Of a DNA stretch of 64,000 bases, positions 1 through 12,614 are shown in pieces; within the stretch, counting starts at the first letter, position 1; the number at the start of each line of letters is the position of its first letter. The DNA is from Octopus sinensis (taxonomy: Eukaryota): positions 8,600 through 72,599 of the forward strand of contig NW_021831851.1 of NCBI RefSeq assembly GCF_006345805.1, given 5' to 3'. The notes under the pieces were generated by a model, which saw only the letters and a program-made list of their open reading frames with translations, was not told the origin of the DNA and did no database searches. Both the position numbers and the translations under genes were made by a program.

Positions 1-236
1 AACTTATGATCAAAGACATTTTATCCATGGTCGTCCAATTCTATACCATTTTGTGTTTCATTTTGCATGAATTAATATGAGAGAGAAGATCAGCAGTCGT
101 GACCCTTACCAGAGCCCTTGAAACGGGTGAGAAAGTTATCTTTAGGATACAGATGCTTAAATATATGTAACAAAGTGGATCCCAGTAAATTTACCCATGG
201 GTGAGTAGGAGATATCAAACCGGGTGATAGATTATG

Positions 237-735
237 TTAACGTGTTAGCATTCAGATATAATCTGTTAGTGGAGACGCGTGGCTTAGTGGTTAGGGTGTC
301 AGTATCATGATCGTAAGATTGTGGTTTCGATTCCTGGACCGGGCGACGCGTTGTGTTCTTGAGCAAAACACTTCATTTGACTCCAGTCCACTCAGCTGGC
401 AAAAATGAGTAACTTTGCGATGGACTGGCATTCCGTCTGGCTGGGGAGCACATACCCATAGAAACCGGGAAATCGGGTCCGTGACCCTGACTAGGCTTTA
501 AAAGGACGCATTTATTTACTTATCTATTTATATAATCTTTTAAATGTAATGCTTCTTTAATCCTGTTGTTTCGAATTTATCATACATTATCTTGTATGTT
601 TAAGATTTCGACGATGCGATTGTTTATTTCTTAAATGACATTGTAAGGTAGGTATGAGAGGCCTGATCTTGTCAGTTTGAATATGGAACAGAATATTTTG
701 ACAAGCTATGCTCAGTTTAAATGCTAAAGGTTTAA
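237..735. mobile_element. TTAA-ended (piggyBac-like) MITE interrupted by a SINE
   Basis: Imperfect terminal inverted repeats: ttaacgtgttagcattc at 237 and tttaaatgctaaaggtttaa at ~716-735. The interior is split by the SINE at 269-529. Confidence 0.5.
269..529 (+). mobile_element. tRNA-headed SINE (family D head, tail X)
   Basis: A-box tggcttagtgg, B-box gtttcgattcc and a (ttta)-like tail. 13-bp TSD atataatctgtta (256-268) / atataatctttta (530-542). Similar copy at 54579. Confidence 0.85.
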
Positions 736-1170
736 ACCAACAATAACAGAAATGACCCCCTCCCCACCACCAAACCGATTTCCACATTGTTTCAAAATCT
801 CATTCACACAGTTTAGATCTAGCTGACAGGAGAAGATTTGTCTAAGGGATGTTATTGTTACAGTCATTGTTGCTCCAGGATAAAGCTCATTGAAAAGACT
901 TCTGATGCAATCCAACCTGGTTTTCCATACAATTTATTCTACAGTACTGAAAATTTTTTTTTTTCTTAAAACTGAATGCACAGCGCTAGAAGAGATATAT
1001 CAAGCCATCATGTTCGGCGATTTAAAATCTCCATCAATTCACCATCTTGAACTTATGCTTTATTAATCGACCCCGAAATGATGAAAGGCAAAGCCTCTCT
1101 AGGCAGGATTTGAACTCAAATCACAGAGAATTGGAACAAATACCTCGAGGCATTCTATCCATTGCCCTAA

Positions 1171-2010
1171 TATCGAAAATTTGGTGAGAGCGTGCCGAGG
1201 TTGCGCGTTCGCGGCCAAAGTCACCGGTAAAATATCAATCGTGGCCAGAGACTGAGGACCCATGGTCTAGGTTACACATTGACTATGCCGGATTAGTAAA
1301 CGGTGCTTACTACCTAATCGCAATAGATAACTGTACTAAGTGGCTGGAGGTACGAATTGTTTGTGCGATACCGCGTCACTTACGCGCTAGTTTCAGACAA
1401 CGGAACGCAGTTCTTTGGATATGAATTCAAGAACTTCTGTAAAAAGTATGCAATAAAGCATATTTTCATTCTGCCCTACAACTCGAGGTCAAGCGGGCGG
1501 GTAGTAAAATTTGGGGACATCTTTAAGAGAGTGTTAAGAAAAGCACGGAATGAATTAAGCAACGATGAAGCACTGACAAATTTCTTAAGAATATACAAAG
1601 TGATCTCCAATCTAAATAAAAATTCAGGGAAGTCTCCCGCAGAATTAATGTTCGTAAGATGAATAAAATCCATTTTTGATAAGCTATTACCGGAGAAAAA
1701 AACCTAAAGGAAATACGAAAGAGCCAATGAAATACGTCGAGATATGTGATAAACTGCATTTCAAAACCTACAGAAACGCTAAAAAGTCTGGGAAGATGGT
1801 CTCGTTACTCGAAAAATTGGAAATATGATGAATCTAATTAAAGGGTCACACGATGAACATAAGAGACACATAAACCAACTAAGGAAGAGGCATACCAATA
1901 TCTGGAAGGAACTGCCATGGAAGTATTCTGTGAAATAATCGATGTACCGGTATCAAAATTAATAGAACACGCTGAACGCCTTGAGATAATATCCAAGGGA
2001 AAGAGCTACT
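1171..2010 (+). pseudogene. Degenerate Ty3/Gypsy integrase
   Basis: Translates to IENLVRACRGC (zinc-finger end), PWSRLHIDYAG..YLIAIDNCTKWLEV and LVSDNGTQF..EFKNFC (ORF 1357-1662). It is frameshifted and the catalytic E is lost (GRVVKF instead of GxxERF). Confidence 0.85.
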
Positions 2011-2070
2011 AAAATATATAAATAAAACATTTCTTTATTCCTTTGGAACTCGAAATCTCAAAAGGAGAGT

Positions 2071-2347
2071 TGTGCGAGTGTACGATGCCCTCTGGCGAGA
2101 ACGGACTGTACCATTACATATAAATATCGATCTGAGTAAGTGGTGTAGTTCGTTTGTTGATAGGCGCAGGAGTGGCTGTGTGGTAAGTAGCTTGCTTACC
2201 AGCCACATGGTTCCGGGTTCAGTCCCACTGCGTGGCATCTTGGGCAAGTGTCTTCTGTTATAGCCCCGGGCCGACCAATGCCTTGTGAGTGGATTTGGTA
2301 GACGGAAACTGAAAGAAGCCTGTCGTATATATATATATATATGTGTG

Positions 2348-2378
<31 letters not shown>

Positions 2379-2761
2379 ATATGCTTGTGTGTCTGTGTTT
2401 GTCCCCCTAGCATTGCTTGACAACCGATGCTGGTGTGTTTACGTCCCCGTCACGTAACGGTTCGGCAAAAGAGACCGATAGAATAAGTATTGGGCTTACA
2501 AAGAATAAGTCCCGGGGTCGATTTGCTCGACTAAAAGCGGTGCTCCAGCATGGCCGCAGTCAAATAACTGAAACAAGTAAAAGAGTAAAAAGAGTATAAA
2601 GAGAGTTCAAAGCCGGAGTTCAAAGTTTACAGTTCATGTTAGTGTGTTGGATTGTTGATTTTTGAAATGTTATTTCGTTCCTTGTGGTTACTGCTGTTTT
2701 TTTTTTATTATATTGTTATTACTCTGTTGCAGTGTATTCGTTTATCCATACGGATATAACA
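2071..2761 (+). mobile_element. Probable 3' LTR of the Gypsy relic, split by a SINE
   Basis: Polypurine tract aaaaggagag at 2060-2069 is followed by TGT at 2071. The sequence resumes after the SINE and ends ...ataaca at 2761. Confidence 0.5.
2161..2605 (+). mobile_element. SINE family A, full length, with internal (TA)/(TG) tract
   Basis: Head gtggctgtgtggtaag...gggttcagtcccactgcg, 3' part cagcatggccgcagtcaaa, and an (aagagta) tail. More than 12 copies occur in the window. Confidence 0.9.
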
Positions 2762-2899
2762 TAAACCGAAACATTAGATGTTCTGAATTACAAAAGACAC
2801 GGAAATTTCATATTTAGTCGCTGGTTTCCCAGTCTCTCCGTGGGCAAGACGTGCCTTGCAAAAAGCATGTGAATCAACTTGTAACAGGACACAGCAGAA

Positions 2900-3255
2900 C
2901 AATACCTCTGTACATTGGTGAATTGTTCCTACCACGTACTATACATTTACAACTAGTTAAACAAGGCTATCAAACTGTGTTCGGATTTTCCTTGTACAGG
3001 GGCCATCCGGACTCCCGTCTTCGCCTTCTTCCTAGTTCTCCTGTGTGACCCCTCTGTCTGGCATTGGCCATGTTAGATCACTAGCCACTAAACCGTCTTA
3101 ATTTTCTCTCCCTGTTTATTTCTGTGTTCCTTTCTGTCGAAGAGCGTAGGCTTGAAACATAAAAGACTTTCTCACTTCCCGAGCGTTAAACTAATATATA
3201 TGTTTGTTGTTTACACACCCGTCTTCGTCTTTTGTTTTTTGTAAATTCTCATTTA
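2900..3255 (+). mobile_element. Penelope-like element 3' remnant (GIY-YIG fragment plus terminus)
   Basis: ORF 2851-3048 contains LYIGE and VFGFSLYRGHPDSRLR, resembling a deleted GIY-YIG nuclease. It is followed by an HHR-like motif and a terminus shared with 18676-18857. Confidence 0.6.
3130..3165 (+). ncRNA. Minimal HHR-like motif, U6 variant, partly decayed
   Basis: cttt-CTGTCGA-a-gagc(gtag)gctt-GAAA-ca-TA-aaag. Confidence 0.55.
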
Positions 3256-4224
3256 TAAGTAAAGTGTATTGACCTTTGATACAATTCATTGTCACTCATA
3301 GAATTACAAACCACGAAATTCTCGGTTCATTTTCTTCTAATCAAAATTATGAGAGATGACAGCATTAGGGAAACATTACAGTGTATTTATTGCTTAAGTC
3401 ACGGGAGCCTCTCTGCAAGTGCTCCAACTGCTCGAAATAGCAGCCACATCTTTCTGAAAATATACTCTGCATTTTCCGTATTGAAAGAAAAACTGCAGTG
3501 GATGATGTACTACAAGATATATAATCTTTAATCTCTAATTGGCCAATTTCATTGGTCACTCTATCTTTCAGGGATGACTGCCTCATCTTATCCCGCTTTG
3601 CTAAGCTATGACTTTGTTTCATTAAAGCAGTGTCCAGTGTCACTGGAATTACTTAATGTCTGTCGTATGTTTATTGTTTCGTTTAGTAGTATTATACACT
3701 TGCCTGTTCGTTACGTCATTCATATCCTGTTTTTCTCAAGTTGTTGGACTGTCTTCATAAATTATTTTTTTATTTGCTATCACGAAACAATATTCCTGGT
3801 ATACTTTGTGATCGGTTTACGACTTATATCTAACGTCTCTAAATTTTCATTTTCTGTAGTGTCATACACACACACACGCACTCACATATAAGCACATACG
3901 CCTTCTTATACGCGCGCACATACACACTCCCATACATATATACATACATTGAGCCGTTTTGCCAGCAGATATGTAATTCCCAATACTACTATAAGACCAA
4001 CACCAGTAAAAAGTAAATATTCCCAAACGAAAAAGTATTATGCTACATTTGTTTAGGAAAATAAATATAGAGAAAGTAATATGTTTTAAAAGAGTTAATG
4101 ATAATTATGCTAAGATAATTAAGCATGATATTAATACATATTTATTATATATATTGCAATGAAAAATTTCACATTATAATGTTTTCTATTGTTTTCCATT
4201 TTCTTTATATTCTTTTAATTAATA

Positions 4225-4469
4225 TTTTATTTGTTTCAGTCATTTGACTGCAGCCATGCTGGAGCACCGCCTTTACTCGGGCAAATCGACTCCAGGACTT
4301 ATTCTGTTGTAAGTTTAGTGCTTATTCTATTGGTCTCTTTTGCCCAACTGCTAAATTAGAGGGACGTAAACACACCAGCACATCGGTTGTCAAGCTATGT
4401 TGGGGTGGGGACAAACACAGACGCACAAACATATTCAGACACACACACATACATACATACATACATACA

Positions 4470-4504
<35 letters not shown>

Positions 4505-4507
4505 GTA

Positions 4508-4551
<44 letters not shown>

Positions 4552-4670
4552 GCGGGTTTCTTTTTGTCTCCGTATACCAAATCCGCTCACAAGGTTTAGA
4601 TCGGCTAGAGGCTATAGTAGAAGGCACTGATACTGAAGCCAGAACGATGTGGTTGGTAAGCAAGCTACTT
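4225..4670 (-). mobile_element. SINE family A
   Basis: Reverse-complement match to 2161-2605, with an expanded internal microsatellite. Confidence 0.85.
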
Positions 4671-6667
4671 TATTTCATAAAATTGGCTATGCAGCCTTAC
4701 AAAGACACAATGATAATGAAATGACACAATGATAATGAAATGAAAAAAATGGTTGGTGGGAGAAGCAGACAATGCCTGCCGATTGCTGCTTCTCGAAAAC
4801 ATTGTTCTCATATTTTTCCAACGAAACAAAATGAGGTATTGAACTTCTTATCACAGTTCAAAGAATGGACGTAATCGTCCTTACAAATTGAGGCACTGAG
4901 CTTCTTACCAAAAAATTTTTAATTCAATTTCAAATCGAGGCGCTCAGGCCTTTTACTTTTCCTCCCCGTCCAGGTAATATGCCTCCCGCAGGCAATCCTG
5001 CAGTTCTAAGTCGGGGGCCCAGATAGCATACCTGTATTGGTCCTTGGGAAAGGTGACCATCGCCCTGAAAATATCATTTCCGATTATGACCTACAAAGTT
5101 ACCTGCAGAGGCCAATCCGGGTCTTCAGTACAGGACAAGAGACCCGCCCCGTCCCTCTAGCTTCTTCACAAAGGTCTGTACAACAAACAACAAACCCCCG
5201 CTAAATCCCCCCCCAAAATCCCCAAATATCCTACCTTTCAGCTGCGCCTTCAGAGTTCTTCAATTCAAGACCGCTGCAAAGCAACTTCTTCACAACACCA
5301 GTGCAGAATTAAAACTAACTAACGAAGGCGCGTAAGCGAGCTACTCACCACACAGCCACTTCTGCACCTATTTGTTCGCTTTTTTAATAGCGTCAGTGTT
5401 TATAATAGTCTGCGCGCGCGCGCGCGTGTGTGTGTGTATGTGTAACTATATGTATATATATAGCTGGTAATATCGAACAGTTAGAATGTGTGCTCAACAC
5501 CACAATGGTGCATAGTCTTTATTTCTAGGTAAAATAGACTACCAATGCTTTCATGTAGAGAGATCTCTCAACAATTTTCAAGGCTGCTACATAGGAAACT
5601 TGGTGCTCGTCTCTATGTGAGCGGATTTATAATCATTGAGAGATCTTACGCTGCATGAAACCATTGGTAACTTTTTTTAACAAAAGAATCATTTATCCAC
5701 CAATGCAAACTACTCTGTTTGATATTTCACGTACATTTTCCGCAAAATATAACTGCAAAAGTTTGCTTGAAAGACTCACCGTGATTGCTATTTCGGCCTT
5801 TGAACCTGCTCTCTATCATTCTTATATAATTTTTCACTGATCTGTTCGAGTAGGTAGAATTAACGTCGGTATCGTTCACTAGTGTTGTAGAATCACAAGG
5901 CTGGATATGCTTCGATGACTTTACATCTTTATATCTTTATATCTTCATATACGCGACCTATTTCTATCTTAACTGATTGAGTGTTATTCAGTTCTTATAC
6001 TAAAGTGCAGTAATATCTCACCATGAAACTCAACTTGTCGGATGTTTTCCAGTAACAGTAACAAGCAGGAAACGTGCTATCACTTATCTTACCCGTCGCG
6101 GTTACTGAGGATTCTAACAGATATGGAAGTATTGGGTGAGACCCAAGGACGATATTGCTAGCTCTGGAGATTATATAATTCATAAACTTCGAATTATTTC
6201 GTTTTGAAATCTATCTTCTTCTCCACTGTAAGTCATAGTACATACACAAGCGCATGCACACAATACGCACACACACGCACTCAAACACAAACGAACACAA
6301 ACGAACACAAGCAACAAAAAAACAAACAAACACACGCACACATATATATATATATAGATAGATAGATACATACATACATACATACATACACATACATACA
6401 TACATACATACATACATACATACATACATACATACGTACGTACGTACATACATGTGTGTGAGTACATAAGGTGTACTACTTTAACGGATTATATTTATCA
6501 GCGCGTTTTTGAGACATGAAAGTTCAGCTTCGAAATATATAAGAACATTTACTTAACTATGATAGGTTTGTTCATTAGTACATAGATAAATAAGGATGAT
6601 AATGAGGACGTCGACAACAGCAACAACAAAACAACATCAACACAAAATAATAATAATAATAATAATG

Positions 6668-6708
<41 letters not shown>

Positions 6709-6744
6709 TAATAATAATAATAATAACAATAATAATAATAATAA

Positions 6745-7255
6745 TAAAACTTCAAACAAAGAACATGCCTCCTCATTGATATGACTGTCCCAATCGATAT
6801 AAACGTATCTGTCAAGACCTACCAAAAACTGAGCAAATATAAAGATCTTGAAATAGAAATCAGCAAAATGTGGAACCTGAAGACTAAAACAATACCTGTT
6901 GTCATAGGTGCCCTGGGAATGATAGCAAAAGGGACTGACTGCTACCTAACTCAGATACCAGGAAACCCCAAAATGGCAGAAATTCAAAAGATAGTGATGA
7001 TGGGAACTGCTCATATCCTACGCAAAATACTCTCTATGTAATCCCAAGGTTTAAAACAAACTTTTTTTAAAAATTTATTTATTAGACATTCACTAGTACA
7101 ACACCAAAAAGAAAAAGAAGGGGGAAAAAGGGGAAAAAAACCAAATATATGGCACACTAGGCATAACAACAACGTGAACTTCCAACCTGTTGTCTCTTGA
7201 GGTCTCTGGGTGAGACTTGGAGCCAACTTGTACAAACATAAAGCAAAAGTCAAAC
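6745..7255 (+). mobile_element. 5'-truncated R4/Dong-like non-LTR retrotransposon in (TAA)n
   Basis: ORF 6781-7041 (KLSKYKDLEIEISKMW..IPVVIGALG..QKIVMMGTAHILRKIL) matches the C-terminus of a restriction-like endonuclease. It is flanked by (TAA)n on both sides. Confidence 0.85.
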
Positions 7256-7320
<65 letters not shown>

Positions 7321-7321
<1 letters not shown>

Positions 7322-7600
7322 TGGGAGGTTAAGCAGTTGTAGTTGATGAAAAAGGTGGTAGTAGTACCAACAATTGTTGGAGCCCTGGGAACAGTGAGTA
7401 AAATTCTTGAGAAGTACATGGAACAAATAGGGGCTGCAGTAAGAGTGAAAGACTTGCAGAAAACAGCACTGCTTAGAACCACTCGAATACTCCAGATGGT
7501 GTTCGAAAATTAAGGGGTGTTACCTTAATTCACTGGTAGTGAAGAGCTGACACCGTAGTACATCTCCAGCGTTAGAAGCTATACAAAGACAATAAATTTT
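7321..7600 (+). mobile_element. Second R4/Dong-like fragment (different subfamily)
   Basis: Reads VVVVPTIVGALGTVSKILEKYMEQIG..LQKTALLRTTRILQMV, followed by its own distinct 3' UTR. Confidence 0.75.
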
Positions 7601-7617
7601 AATGATAATAGTATTAA

Positions 7618-8108
7618 GAAAACGTCTCAGAAAATGAGAAAGCTACCATACTCTGGGACATTCAAAAACATACAAATAGAGAAATCAAGGCTAATAGGCC
7701 GGATATAGTTGTCAGAGATCACCAAGAAAAAGAAATGTCTTCTAATTTATGTATCAATATCAACAGATGACAATTTATCTCTAAAAGAAACGGAGAAACT
7801 CTCAAAATACAAAGATCTGGAAATAAAGATAACCCGAATATGGGGCCTAATAACAGAAACATTCCTTATAATAATAGGAGCATTAAGTATGATTAAAACT
7901 CATTCAACAAATAAATAACCAAAACGCCAGCACTTACGAATGTATATAACGTACAGGAAATGGCATTACTAAGTCCCCGCGCACATCCTACGTAAAGCAT
8001 TTTCAATACAGTGAAAATATGAGCACCACAGCAAACCACGGCATATATCCAATGTACACAGAGCTGCGTTCGGTAGTGCAGTGAAAGCAGGTGATAAAAA
8101 TATGACTA

Positions 8109-8112
<4 letters not shown>
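7618..8112 (+). mobile_element. Third R4/Dong-like fragment
   Basis: Reads ENEKATILWDIQKHTNREIKANRPDIVV (PD motif), then KLSKYKDLEI..IIIGAL after a frameshift, and ends in (TAA)n. Confidence 0.85.
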
Positions 8113-8167
<55 letters not shown>

Positions 8168-8184
8168 TAATAATGATAATAATG

Positions 8185-8232
<48 letters not shown>

Positions 8233-8241
8233 TAATAATAA

Positions 8242-8423
8242 TAAAATATTCAGACAAATACATAGCAAAAACACCAGGACTTACAAACACATAACATACA
8301 GAAAATTGCACTACTGGGCAATACAGTAACCATCAGAGCATCACAACAAATCACAGCACATACCCAAGGCACACAGAGCTGCGCTCGGTAGTGAAGTGAA
8401 AGCACGCTATAAAAATAAAACTA

Positions 8424-8428
<5 letters not shown>
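8242..8428 (+). mobile_element. Fourth R4/Dong-like 3' end
   Basis: Its 3' UTR (cacagagctgcgctcggtagtgaagtgaaagc..actactgaataataat) matches 8030-8112. Confidence 0.75.
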
Positions 8429-8482
<54 letters not shown>

Positions 8483-9659
8483 CAACAGCACATCAATAAC
8501 AGAACAACCACGAGCAACAGTATGATGATAATAGTAATAATAACCACCCAACAATTGCCGGAATGGAAATGTCATAGCATGCTGTTTGAAGTCTACTTCA
8601 GAAACGTAGGCATATAACATGTTGAAGAAGCAAATGTTCAATGTTTATTAGACGTCGACAAACACTGATTATATCAATAACTATAAGTTACCCAAACTGT
8701 CAACACTTTATTACATAAATTTGTATATCACTGCACACAAAGACATACACACACACACACACCCATATAAATATACATATATATACACACACCATACTGC
8801 GCATCTCCAGCTGGTTACTTTATTTCAGGTCTCTCAGAGATGACTGATTAATATTCTACTTCACAGAAGCAGAGGCAGTTCATTTCTCTGTTGTTGTTTA
8901 TTTTGGCACAGAATATATGTATATGTGTGTTTGCGTGTGTTTTTCCTTCTTTTTTTTTGTTGTTGTTTTGTTTTTCCTTCCAAAAGGAAAAGCGAGATAC
9001 AAAAACAAAATAATACTATATTTATGCTAGCAATCTAAAACAGTAAGAAGTACCAGTGATAGCCATAATTTCTTTGACTCTTAATTTATATATCTACTTC
9101 GTAAATATATACACTATACTTAATATTCATAAACAGCTGGATTCCTTTGATAACACAACGTTTTTATCAGACATGAATTATGAAATTTAGCCAAGTAAAA
9201 TTGCTGATTCTAAAAAAGTGAGTATCGTGGGAAAATTGATTTCCAAAAGCGGAAACATTATCCATATCATCTGTCTGTCTGTCTCGTAGAGTTGTAGTTA
9301 TTGTTGTTGCCGATTTATCGCCCTAGGTCATCTCTGCTACATTGGACAGAACTATAATGAAAAACCACCTGTAACCATTCTAAGATTCTTTCAGTTTATT
9401 TCCGGCGATGTCCGAATTGTCATTTCCTTTCTAAAACGTGTGTTTTGGCCGCTTTTCCTATTAAATTTTCATCTGCTCATGGACGGTGGGTGTTCAATTT
9501 TTGTTTAGCTAAAGAAATGATCAAATAGTTCTATAACCAACAGATATATTTCAGCCACAATCATATAATACTTCTTTTCAGAAATGGGCCATATTACCAT
9601 ATGAATACTTCTCTTTCTCTAGACATTACATGTGGATGGGGGAGATTTGGTCAAAATTG

Positions 9660-10550
9660 GCCTCAAATTTTGGCACAAGGCCAGTGTTTTCAAGGATGGA
9701 GGTAAGTCAATTACATCAACCCCATCCACCACCACCACTACCACTTCTCGACTAATAGTTATTTTATTGACCCCAAAAGAATGAAAAGCAAAGCTGACTA
9801 CAGCGGAATTTGAACTCAGAATGTAAAGACGGATGAAATGCCGCTAAACATATTGTCCGCCGTCTTGAGATTTGATTAATATATATTTCTTTACTGCCCA
9901 CAAGGGGCTAAACATAGAGGGGACAAACAAGGACAGACAAAGGGATTAAGTCGATTACATCGACCCCAATGCGAAACTGGTACTTTAGTTATCGACTCCG
10001 TAAGGATGAAAGGCAAAGTCGACCTCGGCGGAATTTGAACTCAGAACGTAACGGCAGACGAAATACGGCTACACATTTCGCCCGGCATGCTAACGCTTCT
10101 GCCAGCTCGCCACCTTGCAGATTTGATTAATATAGGTTTCACAAAACTATATACTTTTTTACTCTAGGCACAAGGCCCGAAATTTTGGGGGAAGGAGCCA
10201 GTCGATATGTCGACCCCAGTACGCAACTGGTACTTAATTTATCGACCCCGAAAGAATGAAAGGTAAAGTCAACCTCGGCGGAATTTGAACTCAGAACGTA
10301 GCGGCAGAAGAAATACCTATTTCTTTAATGCCCACAAGGGGCTGAACACAGAGAGGACAAACAAGGACAGACAAACGGATTAAGTCGATTATATCGACCC
10401 CAGTGTGTAACTGATACTTATTTAATCGACCCAGAAAGGATGAAAGGCACAGTCGAATTCGGTGGAATTTGAACTCAGAACGTAGCAGCAGACGAAATAC
10501 GGTAAGCACTCCGCCCGGTGTGCTAACGTTTCTGCTAGATCGCCGTCTTA
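9660..10550 (-). mobile_element. Tandem cluster of SINE family C
   Basis: Four repeats of cgaccccgaaaggatgaaaggcaaagtcgacctcggcggaatttgaactcagaacg, with ~184-bp spacing in the last pair. Confidence 0.85.
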
Positions 10551-11193
10551 GGTTTGGTCAATATTTATATTTATATTCAGACAGAGAGCTGCCAGAATTG
10601 TTGCGGCATCGGAAAAATGGATTAGCAGCGTTTCTTCTGGTTTTATGTTCTAAGTTCATATATACCGCCGGGGTGGACTTTGCCTTTCCTTCTTTTGTGA
10701 CCACCACTTGCAAAATTGCTGACCTTGCAGCAAATTTGAAATTACTATTTAAATCTGATTTGGATGACTGCACAGATGTTCCTTTCTAATACATACTGAG
10801 TATTGTAGACAAGGATAGATTATTCAAAGCGCACAGGAAAAGCCAATGAACACCCAGTAAAGCTGCTATAAATAACAGTCACATCTTCGTGCAATTGTCC
10901 CCTCAAGCAACTTGATTAGAAATGGCTGACGATTCATAACAATATCATCAGCATAAGAAAATACGATATTTCAATAATGTAAATATATAAACATGTATAC
11001 TTATTTACCATACGTATACACACATAGTTATATACTTATATATAAATGCATATACATATATACATTCATATACACACATGCATGCAAATATATATACATA
11101 TACATACTTATACATACTTATACATACATGCATATACGTATCACACATGCATATCTGTCAGTGCGTGTGTATGGTCGTATACCTTGAAAGATT

Positions 11194-11231
<38 letters not shown>

Positions 11232-11271
11232 CATGAATTTAGACATATATATATTTATGCGTATATATATA

Positions 11272-11959
11272 TATAATTAATTAATAAGGGTGAGAGAATT
11301 AGATACTAATTTAATAGTATATCTATTCAACACCAAGTGGCCTAGTGCTCCGAGAAACCTGGATTATTATAATATTTTATAATATATTATAATATTTTTA
11401 CAAAATAAATATAAGAGAGTGGTCACTATATGGCTCACTCTAGCACCAGTTAATCCAAAAGGTTTCAACCACAAAAGTACATGTTTCCCATGAAAGTCAG
11501 TACGATTGTTAGCTCACACGGACAGGGCAAATAAAAAATAACAAAAATACAGATTATTTTGGGACAATTGTTTCGCTATTAATGAATTAAATGTAATTTT
11601 ACTTACAAAAAAATCCACTTGTAGCTCGTCAGCCAAAACTATCTGGATGAAATCCACTCAATCACACGCCAGATTTTACCATAACGATAAATACGCGTGT
11701 GGTTCAATTGATTACATCCGACGTTATAATTCAAATGCCCCAACTAACAGCGCGCCAAACTTTCACGGAAAACAAATACAGCATTTAGAAATAAATGCAG
11801 CATAATTATAATTATAATTAATTAATAAGGGTGAGAGAATTAGATACTAATTTAATAGTATATCTATTCAACACCAAGTGGCCTAGTGCTCCGAGAAACC
11901 TGGATTATTATAATATTTTATAATATATTAAAATATTTTTACAAAATAAATATAAGAGA
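11272..11959 (-). mobile_element. Non-coding HHR element: 541-bp unit plus 147-bp partial repeat
   Basis: 11272-11418 repeats almost identically at 11813-11959. One HHR lies inside the unit, and the left end abuts (TA)n. Confidence 0.8.
11557..11638 (-). ncRNA. Minimal type I hammerhead ribozyme, intact core
   Basis: Minus strand: ttttgg-CTGACGA-gcta...tagc-GAAA-caattg-TC-ccaaaa. Helix III is the palindrome ACAAUUGU and the cleavage site is GUC. Confidence 0.85.
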
Positions 11960-12175
11960 TTTCATCTCAATCGAAGGAGAGGAGCTTTCTCCGTCCGGGT
12001 TGCGGATCCGTGGAACAAGCTGCCAGACGAGATGGTGAAGATGCCGACGACCGCTTTGTTCAAAGCCTCCCTGGACCTCAAGTGGCCTGAACTCTTTACA
12101 TGAACACCACCCTGTACTTAACTCCATGTCCCCCTACATGGCCTTGCTATTTGCTTTTGAGCCAAATTAAAAAAA
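11960..12175 (+). mobile_element. CR1-like LINE 3' end
   Basis: 11960-12103 reads FHLNRRRGAFSVRVADPWNKLPDEMVKMPTTALFKASLDLKW..*, followed by a short UTR and an A tail. Confidence 0.8.
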
Positions 12176-12187
12176 AAAATTTTTTTT

Positions 12188-12229
<42 letters not shown>

Positions 12230-12242
12230 ATATATTATATAT

Positions 12243-12562
12243 AAGAGATAATGGTGTCATTGAGACCCAAATGTTTCAGGTAATGCTGAATAAGTGCTAT
12301 AGACAGACCATAGTTAAGTTTCAGATACGGTAATATTGCGAATAAAGGGGTCAACGCTGGTTCTATGCCAGAGTGTGGTGTGTATATAAGAATTTTTTGC
12401 GTAATAAGATAAAAAACAGATATTAGAGCATTTAGATAGAAGGTCTTACAGCTGTTTCTGGGATATTTATTAATAATATCCCTTAATCGGAGACGATGTG
12501 AGAGGAAAGTTAAATCATAGTTAGTTTAGATGTGATACAAAATAGAGGTGGAGGAGAGGAAA

Positions 12563-12614
<52 letters not shown>

